From a virus (Duplodnaviria > Caudoviricetes), in the IMG/VR virus record IMGVR_UViG_3300023107_000066, positions 1-33,963 of that record: a stretch of 33,963 bases of DNA; one strand, written 5' to 3'. The stretch's first letter is position 1. Each line of letters opens with the position of its first letter. Shown here in pieces: positions 24,807-32,637 of this stretch. Made by a program: the position numbers and the translations under genes. The notes beneath the pieces are model-generated. The model ran no database searches and was not told the origin of the DNA. It worked only from the letters and a program-made list of their open reading frames with translations.

Positions 24807-27205
24807 GCTACAACCTCGATACGATTCCCGAGATGGAGGGCACTGGCCTAGTGCCGGGGGAAACGCTGATGCTCGTGCGCAACACGGCCACCGGCAAGGA
24901 CCGTAAGGTCCCCGCCCACCGTGTCGCCATCCGCAACGCCAACGCGTTGCGCGGGGCTGATAAGGTCGTGGAGTTTCTGCAGCCCTTCCCCGGCATGCCG
25001 TCGCTGGCCAGCACTCTGGCGACGCTGGACCCGAAAACGCTCTGCCCCGAAGTCGTGTGCACCGTGCAGAATGATGCTGGCTACGCGGAACTTGTGGCCG
25101 GCGTGCCCGGTAAGAAAAAGCAGCTCGTCGTGGCCATTGATGTCAACGGCGAGTTGACGGTGATGGCCGATGCGGGCCTGACCAGCCGCACGGTGAAGGC
25201 GACCTGGGTAGCGGCCGGCACGGTGGCCGCGCAGCTCGCCGGCCGCGAGTACTTCACGCCCTTCCCTGCCCGCGGCGACTACCCGCTGGGCTTTGAGGTC
25301 AAGTACGTGGTTCAGGGTAAGCTGCGCCTGTTTCAGGCCAAGAAGCTGTTGGCGGTGGATAGCTCGGACGAGTTTGGCATCCCCGCTCCTACTGGTTTGG
25401 CCAGTGATGAGAATTGGGAGGAGCTTTCCCCGGAAGGCACCACCCTACCGGCCGAAATCATCATCTCGGCGGACCTGGCGCGCACGTTGCGCGACGGTGG
25501 CAAGATTCGTCCCACCCAGTACCGCATTGAGCGGCGGGTGGATGTCGAGGGCCAGACACTGCGGCCGGTCGTAGTCCGTGGCATTTCGGCCAGCGCCTTT
25601 GACTTGGAAAATGCCTTGCAGCAGCGCGAAGACGGCAGCTGGGAGCCAGGCACGTACGTGCTGAATGAGGAAGGTGAGGGCGACTTCACGGCCCGCACCA
25701 GCGGCGGCCCGGGTGGCCCGCCTGCTATTCCCCTAGCCGGTACGAATGCAAACGCCCCCGTTACGGGTCAGGTGGAAATAGTCGGGGGAAGCCTGCGCCT
25801 CTACGACAGCGCCAACAACTACAACATCGATGTAAGCGCGGCCGATGGCTTGAACATCATTGTCTCCGACAAAGGCACAGGGGCGGTTATATCCGAATAC
25901 AACTTTCAAGGGGGCGGGGCCCTCAACACCGCCGCCCTGCTGTTGACTAATGTCGGTGGCAACGGGGTACTCACCTACGACCCGGTTCAGGGCCTGCTGA
26001 TAAACGGGGTGCCCGTGGGCGCGGGCGGCACGGGCCTAACGCCTGAGCAGGAAGCCACCATCAACGCCCTATACGCCCCAGTGCGCACGGTCAGCTCCAA
26101 CTCCCTGATTTCCTACGATACCCTCTCCGAAGCCGCCGATGCAGGTACCGAGGATTGTGTGGTGTTTCTGAACCGGGGCATTGTGCAGGTTACCGCACCC
26201 GCTGTATTCGGAGGCGGCTCCTTATTCGGTAACGGTGCCTCGGTGGAAGGCGCTCCCCTGGCGTTCAATGCCAGCGCCCGCGTGTTCGATACTATCTTTT
26301 CGGCCGTTGCTCCAGCGGTCACCGGGTCCGTAACCCCGTTCTCGCGCTGCCGCCTGCTGTCCGGGCTGTACGTCAGCGCCGGGGCCGAAGCTATGCTGCA
26401 GGACAGCACTATACTACAGGGGTCCGTCACGGTGGCCGGCATTGTGCGGCTGCGGCCGGGCGTGATAGACACGGACGCCACCTACACGCTGGCTGGCACC
26501 GGGCTGGTCATTGATGAGCGGGGCGCCGGCGGGGGCGGCACGGCTGGTGTCTCTTCCGTCAACACCCGCACCGGGGACGTGACGCTGAGCAAGGCCGACG
26601 TGGGCCTGAACAACGTCAATAACACGGCCGACCTGAATAAGCCCGTCAGCACGGCCACGCAGGCCGCCATCACGGCGGCCATCAACGGCCTAATCAACGG
26701 GGCCCCGGGCGCGCTGGATGCGCTCAACGAGCTGGCGGCCGCGATGGGCAACGACCCCAACTTCGCTACTACCGTCACCAACGCCCTGGCGGCGAAGGTG
26801 GCCAGTGCCGACGTGGTCAACAACCTGACCACGACAGTGGCCGGCAAGGTGCTCGATGCCCGGCAAGCCAAGGTACTGGCCGACCGCCTGACTACTGCTG
26901 AACAAACGCTGGCCGCCTCGCGCGACCCTTACGCTATCCGCGACAACAGCGCGGTGGTTACGGCCGTCACGGCCGTCGGCCACCTCTGGACTAGCGGCGA
27001 CCTGATTGCCTACGGCACCAGTGGTCAACAAACCGCTGGTGCCCCGCCTGCCGTTTCCGGCGCTCCATCCTCTGTGCTTGTGGGCACGGCGGATGTGGCT
27101 CCCGGAGATACGTTCGATGCTGTGGACGCGGCCGGCAACACCTATCGCTACACCTACCGTCGCCGCAACGACGGGAGCTTAGGATGGACCCGACTGATGA
27201 AGTAA
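24803..27205 (+). CDS. Tail fibre protein
   Basis: VSSVNTRTGDVTLSKADVGLNNVNNTADLNKPVSTATQAA and GAPGALDALNELAAAMGNDPNFATTVTNALA are common fibre motifs. Confidence 0.85.
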   Translation: MSYNLDTIPEMEGTGLVPGETLMLVRNTATGKDRKVPAHRVAIRNANALRGADKVVEFLQPFPGMPSLASTLATLDPKTLCPEVVCTVQNDAGYAELVAGVPGKKKQLVVAIDVNGELTVMADAGLTSRTVKATWVAAGTVAAQLAGREYFTPFPARGDYPLGFEVKYVVQGKLRLFQAKKLLAVDSSDEFGIPAPTGLASDENWEELSPEGTTLPAEIIISADLARTLRDGGKIRPTQYRIERRVDVEGQTLRPVVVRGISASAFDLENALQQREDGSWEPGTYVLNEEGEGDFTARTSGGPGGPPAIPLAGTNANAPVTGQVEIVGGSLRLYDSANNYNIDVSAADGLNIIVSDKGTGAVISEYNFQGGGALNTAALLLTNVGGNGVLTYDPVQGLLINGVPVGAGGTGLTPEQEATINALYAPVRTVSSNSLISYDTLSEAADAGTEDCVVFLNRGIVQVTAPAVFGGGSLFGNGASVEGAPLAFNASARVFDTIFSAVAPAVTGSVTPFSRCRLLSGLYVSAGAEAMLQDSTILQGSVTVAGIVRLRPGVIDTDATYTLAGTGLVIDERGAGGGGTAGVSSVNTRTGDVTLSKADVGLNNVNNTADLNKPVSTATQAAITAAINGLINGAPGALDALNELAAAMGNDPNFATTVTNALAAKVASADVVNNLTTTVAGKVLDARQAKVLADRLTTAEQTLAASRDPYAIRDNSAVVTAVTAVGHLWTSGDLIAYGTSGQQTAGAPPAVSGAPSSVLVGTADVAPGDTFDAVDAAGNTYRYTYRRRNDGSLGWTRLMK

Positions 27206-27209
27206 GACG

Positions 27210-27893
27210 ATGCACGAACGACTGCAGGAGGCCGTAAACACCGCCACCGCTATTTCCGCCGCCGACGCCACGACCAAAGCCGCCGCCGCCCGCGAGGTGC
27301 GGGTGGCTTCCTCGTTGGCGGACCTGAAGGCCATGACGCCCACCGCAACAGGCTTGGTGCTGCTGATGGGCAAGACCGCTTCCTCCGATGGACTGGGCGG
27401 CACCTACTACTGGGACAGTGCCAGCGCAGAAGCGGAGGACGCCACCTACCTCAACGTCGTGGTGTCTACGGCGCTGGGTGTGACGGCCGGCCGGTGGAGG
27501 CGCATCATTGCCAAAACCACCGTGCTGCCGCAAGGCACGCTGGTGGTCAGTGGCGGGGTGAAGACGCTTTACGCCACGGCCACGGTCGTCGGCAGCGCCG
27601 GCCAGGCCACGCTGAACCTAACGACCGACAACACGGCCACGGGTCCGGCCATCTTCTCCGAAATCTGGGCCAACCTCTCCGACGTCAAGCCGCCCATCAC
27701 CGTGACGGTCATTGAGGATACGCCGGCCTGCAGCGTGCAGAGCGAAACGACCAAGCAAACGGTGCACGTCGCTACCCGAGGCAACAAAACCACGCTCGGC
27801 TCGACGCTGCTGGCCTTGACGGGCCTGGTCATTACCAGTCTGCGCTACGCCCCGGCCGGGACCGTGCTGCGCATCACCGTTACCGGCATCTGA
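27210..27893 (+). CDS. Tail fibre/spike-associated protein
   Basis: DGLGGTYYWD...GRWRR resembles tailspike N-terminal domains; Thr/Val-rich. Confidence 0.6.
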   Translation: MHERLQEAVNTATAISAADATTKAAAAREVRVASSLADLKAMTPTATGLVLLMGKTASSDGLGGTYYWDSASAEAEDATYLNVVVSTALGVTAGRWRRIIAKTTVLPQGTLVVSGGVKTLYATATVVGSAGQATLNLTTDNTATGPAIFSEIWANLSDVKPPITVTVIEDTPACSVQSETTKQTVHVATRGNKTTLGSTLLALTGLVITSLRYAPAGTVLRITVTGI

Positions 27894-27896
27894 TCC

Positions 27897-28574
27897 ATGG
27901 CTATTGCACACCTACAGGCCCTCGGCGGCCAGCTCCAGCGCCACGGCGCCACTCTGGTCAGCACGGCAGCTACTTACGCGGCCTACGAGCCAGCGGCCCC
28001 GCCCAACTACGCGGTGCGCCTCTCAGGCGGCACGTACGGCTTCGGCCCGGCCAGCGCGGATTTCATCCTCGGGCAGGATTTCGAGATGCGCCTCAAACAC
28101 CGGCCGCTGGACGACTCGGCACAGTACCTGTTTGCCTTCGGTGACAACAACACCCATGTGGCAATCATCCGCGGCTTCGTGGCCGGCAAGTACGAGTTAT
28201 TCGCAGCGAATGGCACGGTACTGATTCGCGCTACCCTGCCGGTCGTCACGACTGTTGGCAGCTGGAACGACGTGCGCTTTCTCTACCAAGGCGGGCGCGT
28301 GAAAGGCTATCTAAACGACACCCTACTCTACGATGAGGCCGGCACTTTCACCCCGCCCGGCTCAACCACTGGCCTGCTGGTAGGAACGGTTAACCCGAAT
28401 ACCGGGGCCGACTACGGCGACTACGATAACCTGGCGCTTTACAAGGCGGGCGTACAGGTGTTCGAGTACAAATTTTTTGAGGGTACTGGCCCCACGGCCG
28501 CCGATAGACTGAACCGGTATGCCCCAATTGTCACCACGGGAGGGGCGGGCCCTTGGTCTTGGATTACACTCTAA
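27897..28574 (+). CDS. LamG/concanavalin-A-like jelly-roll protein (candidate receptor-binding protein)
   Basis: GSWNDVRFLYQGGRVKGYLND...LLVG...YGDYDNLALY...YKFFEGTGPTAAD. Confidence 0.75.
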   Translation: MAIAHLQALGGQLQRHGATLVSTAATYAAYEPAAPPNYAVRLSGGTYGFGPASADFILGQDFEMRLKHRPLDDSAQYLFAFGDNNTHVAIIRGFVAGKYELFAANGTVLIRATLPVVTTVGSWNDVRFLYQGGRVKGYLNDTLLYDEAGTFTPPGSTTGLLVGTVNPNTGADYGDYDNLALYKAGVQVFEYKFFEGTGPTAADRLNRYAPIVTTGGAGPWSWITL

Positions 28575-28616
28575 ACCTGCCCCATCACCATTCCACCTGC
28601 TTCCCCACGTCCCGCT

Positions 28617-28943
28617 ATGGCCGCGCTGAAAATTAACCCCGACAACTCTATTACGCTCCCCTTCCCCTTGCTGGCCATCATCGTGACCCTCTGCCTGGCC
28701 ATTGCGGCCTGGGGCGGCGCGATTCGGGCTGACGTGGCCTCCAACAAAGAAAATACCCGTGCCCTGCTGGAATGGAAAGAAGCCCACCTCAAGGAGGCCG
28801 ACCGAAAGCTGGCCGAAGTGCAGGCATCCATTGCCGAAACCAAAAGCATGGTCAGCACGGCCAGCGCCGCCAGCACCAAGCAGAATGCCGAATTGCAAGA
28901 AACCCTCACTACGGTGCGCATCCAACTCGCCGCGCGCCGCTAA
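28617..28943 (+). CDS. Single-TM plus coiled-coil protein (lysis-associated, holin/antiholin-like)
   Basis: LLAIIVTLCLAIAAWGG followed by heptads; first gene of the lysis block. Confidence 0.6.
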   Translation: MAALKINPDNSITLPFPLLAIIVTLCLAIAAWGGAIRADVASNKENTRALLEWKEAHLKEADRKLAEVQASIAETKSMVSTASAASTKQNAELQETLTTVRIQLAARR

Positions 28944-28956
28944 CCACGCCCAACCC

Positions 28957-29616
28957 ATGAAACACCTCTTTCACCTCTGCCTGCTCCTTGTCCTGGCCAG
29001 CTGCACCGGCAGCCGGCAACTCGAACGTGCCCAGCGCATCGTAGCCCAACACAAAGCTGAGACGCCCCCGGATCAGCAGCTCACCGAGTTGGTAACCCAG
29101 CACCCCGAGCTCGTGGGCAAAACCGTGCGCACCGTAGTCGAGCATGACACCATCTACCGACCCGGCGCCACCGTCACTGTACACACGCCGGCGGTGAGCA
29201 CGCCGGCCAGCGACAATGCGCTGGTGGATTCGCTCATGCGCTCAGCCGCCCACCAGCTGCACGCCAAGGACAGCATTGCCTACGCCCTGCGGCTGCGGGC
29301 CATCCTGGCGGCCCGGCCGGCTTTGCGCCGGGATACGCTCGTGCAGGTGCTGGGGCCGCTCACGGTGCGCACATGGGTAGATGCCAAGGGCCTGCCGCAC
29401 ACCACCGTCACCAGCGCGCCGGAGAAGCTGGCCTACGAAAAGAAAGTCATCACCACCGGCCCGCTGCAGCCCCCTATGAAGGCGCTCAGCACCGGGGAGC
29501 GAATCTGGCTGTACGTGAAGGATGCCTTCTGGACGCTGCTGGTCCTGTTCGGCCTGGTGGTGGCGCTGCTGCTTTTCTGGTTTTTCCGCAACCGCAAGGC
29601 CAGTCCTGCTTCCTGA
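28957..29616 (+). CDS. Putative unimolecular spanin
   Basis: N-terminal lipobox MKHLFHLCLLLVLAS-C plus C-terminal TM WTLLVLFGLVVALLLFWFF-RNRK; lies in the lysis cassette. Confidence 0.7.
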   Translation: MKHLFHLCLLLVLASCTGSRQLERAQRIVAQHKAETPPDQQLTELVTQHPELVGKTVRTVVEHDTIYRPGATVTVHTPAVSTPASDNALVDSLMRSAAHQLHAKDSIAYALRLRAILAARPALRRDTLVQVLGPLTVRTWVDAKGLPHTTVTSAPEKLAYEKKVITTGPLQPPMKALSTGERIWLYVKDAFWTLLVLFGLVVALLLFWFFRNRKASPAS

Positions 29617-29623
29617 ACCCGCC

Positions 29624-30082
29624 ATGACCTTCACCATTCCCGCGCCGCCTCACTGGTGGCCCTACTTGGTTCTCTCCGCCGGCGCGTTGCTGCTGCTGAT
29701 CTGGCTGATCCGCGCCGGCACGCTTCGGCAGCTCGCCACGCTGTGGGTAAAATCCTTTGTGGAAAACGAGCGCTTCAGCCCGCGGCTGCTCACCATCTTC
29801 TTTTTCGTGCTGCTCACCGGCTACCTGGAATACCGGATTTTCCTGCTGGAGCGGGCTGAGGCGCAGATGCTGGTCTACGTGCAGGTGGTCTTTGCCAACC
29901 TGACGCTGGTAACGGCCCTGCTCGGAGCTGGCAAGCTGGCCGACACCTACAAGACGGTGCAGCTGGAGAAGAAGACGCCCGATACCCAGATAACGGCCAA
30001 AACAGCCGCCGTCAGTGGCCAGAACATATCCGTGGGCACCGATGCGACGGTGTCCGAAAACCCTGTAAACCAAGCTGAATAA
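29624..30082 (+). CDS. Putative holin (3 TM, hydrophilic C-tail)
   Basis: ATG 29624; three hydrophobic segments; TAATG-coupled to the endolysin. Confidence 0.6.
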   Translation: MTFTIPAPPHWWPYLVLSAGALLLLIWLIRAGTLRQLATLWVKSFVENERFSPRLLTIFFFVLLTGYLEYRIFLLERAEAQMLVYVQVVFANLTLVTALLGAGKLADTYKTVQLEKKTPDTQITAKTAAVSGQNISVGTDATVSENPVNQAE

Positions 30083-30618
30083 TGGTAACGCTTCCCAAAA
30101 AGTACGCCTACCTCGCCACCGAGGGGGCTCCGAATATCCTGCTGCAGGCCCTGGCCAAGTTTGGCACCCGTGAAATCGTGGGCCCTGGCAGCTCATCCCA
30201 AATCTTGGGGTGGGCCAAAGAGGTCGGCCTGAGCCGGGACTACACCGCCGACGAAACGCCCTGGTGCGGGCTGTTCGTGGCCGTCTGCGCCCACGATGCC
30301 AACTACCCCCCGGCCCGCATTGCCCTGCGTGCCAAAGACTGGCTGAACTGGGGCAAGCCCGTGCCCACGCCGATGCTCGGCGACGTGGTTGTGTTTGACC
30401 GCGACGGCGGCGGCCACGTCGGTATTTACGTCGGCGAAGACACGGCCGGCTATCTGCACATTCTGGGCGGCAACCAGGGCAACTGCGTTTGCATTGCCCG
30501 CTTCCCCAGCAGCCGCATGGTCGGGGCGCGCCGCTCCCCCTTCAAAATCGGCCAGCCTGCCAACGTGCGCCGCATCTGGCTGGGCGCTGATGGGCCCATC
30601 TCGCACACCGAGGCGTAG
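30082..30618 (+). CDS. Endolysin, TIGR02594-like NlpC/P60-CHAP cysteine peptidase
   Basis: DETPWCGLFV, GDVVVFDRDGGGHVG, ILGGNQ. Confidence 0.85.
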   Translation: MVTLPKKYAYLATEGAPNILLQALAKFGTREIVGPGSSSQILGWAKEVGLSRDYTADETPWCGLFVAVCAHDANYPPARIALRAKDWLNWGKPVPTPMLGDVVVFDRDGGGHVGIYVGEDTAGYLHILGGNQGNCVCIARFPSSRMVGARRSPFKIGQPANVRRIWLGADGPISHTEA

Positions 30619-30660
30619 GCCTCCATCCCTTTCTTTTTCTTTACCCTTACCCCTACTACC

Positions 30661-31194
30661 ATGTTCAAGAACTGGCGCGTGTGGCCCTTTTTGCTGGCCT
30701 GTTTCGTAATTCTCACCCTCACCGTGCTGCTGGTACCGCAAGGCACCGGCCGCTTCATCGGCGCCGGCGTGGCGGCGCTGGTGTTTCCCATCTTCCCGCT
30801 GGTGACCGGCATGTTCGGCTCGAAGAGCCTCAACGACAAGAACGGCCGGGTTAACGTATTGGCGTGGCCTGTGTTGCTGCTGTGGATGCCCTGCCAAGAA
30901 TGCGTAGCCGGCCTTATTGGGGCGGCCATTGGCCTGCCCTTGGCGCTGGCAATGTGTATCATTATCGACGTAAGGCACGGCGACAGTTTCTGGGAAGCGG
31001 TGCATAACGTTGTGGGCGGCCTACTCATGGTCATTGCAGGGCGTGCTGCCTGGGCTAAACAATTTTATCATTGGACGGCTAACAAGGCCCGGCAAGAGGC
31101 TGCGCAAATAGAATCTTTTCAGAAGGAGTCCATTACGCAGCGGCCCGCTACTTTTCGTGACGCCGAAATCCGGAAGAGGTTCAATAACCTATGA
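30661..31194 (+). CDS. Hypothetical membrane protein
   Basis: Several TM segments; pyrimidine-rich leader. Confidence 0.65.
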   Translation: MFKNWRVWPFLLACFVILTLTVLLVPQGTGRFIGAGVAALVFPIFPLVTGMFGSKSLNDKNGRVNVLAWPVLLLWMPCQECVAGLIGAAIGLPLALAMCIIIDVRHGDSFWEAVHNVVGGLLMVIAGRAAWAKQFYHWTANKARQEAAQIESFQKESITQRPATFRDAEIRKRFNNL

Positions 31195-31763
31195 TCTGGC
31201 TACTCTGGCTCTCCCAGCCCGCCGCGCTGCTGCTCTTCTACCTGGCCGTTCCATTCTGGATTCGGCGCGATGTGACCGACTTCACGCAGAACGGCGGCGC
31301 CGACAGCCTGCACGGCAAGTTTCACCGGCAGCGCCTGACGTGGCGGGTGGTGTCGGCACTGGCCTTCGCGCTGCTCGGTACCGGCCCGCTGCTCTTTGCT
31401 GCCACGGCCGGCGCGGCCTACTGGCTGCCCGCGCTGGCCAGCTTCATCGGACTGCTAGCCGTGGGCGGGGCCTATACCTTCTACGCCTTCACGCCCGGGC
31501 TCAACGAAGCCCGGCAGCTGGCCTACGTGCCGCGCTACTACGTCAGCCCGGATCCGGATGCGGCCTGGCTCCCGGATCGGCTGCTATGGCGGCGCGCCGT
31601 GCAGGCTTTCGCGGATGGCACCTTCGAGGCGGGCCTGCTCCATCGTACTCGAATGGCCTTTGCTGGCCAGCTACTCGAAAGGCTGCTGCGAACGGTGTTG
31701 CGGGTGGGCCTAGTGGCGTACCCAGTCTGTTTGGCCGTTGGCTGGTACTTTATGAGACGGTAA
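31191..31763 (+). CDS. Hypothetical membrane protein
   Basis: ATGA overlap; about 4 hydrophobic segments. Confidence 0.65.
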   Translation: MIWLLWLSQPAALLLFYLAVPFWIRRDVTDFTQNGGADSLHGKFHRQRLTWRVVSALAFALLGTGPLLFAATAGAAYWLPALASFIGLLAVGGAYTFYAFTPGLNEARQLAYVPRYYVSPDPDAAWLPDRLLWRRAVQAFADGTFEAGLLHRTRMAFAGQLLERLLRTVLRVGLVAYPVCLAVGWYFMRR

Positions 31764-31765
31764 GT

Positions 31766-31797
31766 AAAAAGCCCCGGCCGGATGGTCGGGGCTTTTT
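31766..31797. terminator. Bidirectional terminator
   Basis: AAAAA-GCCCCGGCC-GGAT-GGTCGGGGC-TTTTT. Confidence 0.9.
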
Positions 31798-31799
31798 CG

Positions 31800-32000
31800 T
31801 CAGATCACTAGATCGGGGGTTTGCTCAGCTGGTGGGCGCCAAAACTTCAGCAGCATGGACAAGGATGCGTACTTGTGCTCCTTACCGCCGATCTTTTTCA
31901 ACTCAAGGAAGCCCTGATGAACATTCCAGAGCACCGGGTAAATTTCGTCGGGCTGGAACTCGTCGGTAGGCGGGCCGATGTAGCGCAATTTCTCAGTCAT
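31800..32000 (-). CDS. Small hypothetical protein (66 aa)
   Basis: Ends at the bidirectional terminator; preceded by a TAnnTTTG element. Confidence 0.6.
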   Translation of the reverse strand: MTEKLRYIGPPTDEFQPDEIYPVLWNVHQGFLELKKIGGKEHKYASLSMLLKFWRPPAEQTPDLVI

Positions 32001-32004
32001 GGCA

Positions 32005-32012
32005 CAAAGGTA
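32005..32012 (-). promoter_or_regulatory. Bacteroidota -7 promoter element TACCTTTG
   Basis: Reverse complement of CAAAGGTA matches TAnnTTTG, 4 nt before the ATG at 32000. Confidence 0.55.
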
Positions 32013-32036
32013 CTGTTGAATATCTACCTTGGCAGT

Positions 32037-32321
32037 ATGAGCGAATCACTACCAGCCCCAAAAATATACGAGTTTGACGAAGGTAAACTCAAGGTTGAGC
32101 TACTCCATACACATCCTGATTATGGTACCCCACGGCTCGTTATGCAGATAAAGGCATATGACTTTGTGCCAGAAAACGCGACCTACCCTGAAATTTGGCA
32201 GGCGAAGGGGCACAGCGACGAGCGCGTCGTTCATTATTGGTTTGAATCATTTTCCCAAGAAGAGGCTCGCGGTTGGATGAATAGCCTTTATCAAGACCAT
32301 ATGAAGGATATAAGCAAATAG
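32037..32321 (+). CDS. Hypothetical protein
   Basis: ATG 32037 (MSESLPAPK); lower GC than flanks. Confidence 0.55.
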   Translation: MSESLPAPKIYEFDEGKLKVELLHTHPDYGTPRLVMQIKAYDFVPENATYPEIWQAKGHSDERVVHYWFESFSQEEARGWMNSLYQDHMKDISK

Positions 32322-32357
32322 CCACGTTTTAGCAAAGGTTAATTTATCAAGTCTACT

Positions 32358-32636
32358 ATGACAGAAATGGAATCAAATGCCCACTGGGTAATCGGTATGA
32401 AGGTAATAGACCGCCAAGCCGACCCTATAATCTTTCGCTTCGAGCGGGCTATGTTTAACCGCGACACGGTGGACGTAGCTATCACGCAGCACGACTGGCA
32501 GGCCATCGGGCCGTTTCAGTCCGCCGGGCTACTCATCGACGAGTACCTGACCCGCTATCCGGAAGAGCAGCAGCGCGTAGGCTACCGTAGTTTAGTGGCA
32601 TGCGTATTCCATGCCCTGCATTTAGACCGCTGCTGA
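32358..32636 (+). CDS. Hypothetical protein
   Basis: 92 aa, convergent with the integrase. Confidence 0.55.
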   Translation: MTEMESNAHWVIGMKVIDRQADPIIFRFERAMFNRDTVDVAITQHDWQAIGPFQSAGLLIDEYLTRYPEEQQRVGYRSLVACVFHALHLDRC

Positions 32637-32637
32637 G

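Noticed and set aside
31821-32036. Upstream extension of ORF 32037-32321
   Set aside because: Antisense to the 66 aa ORF, which has promoter and terminator support
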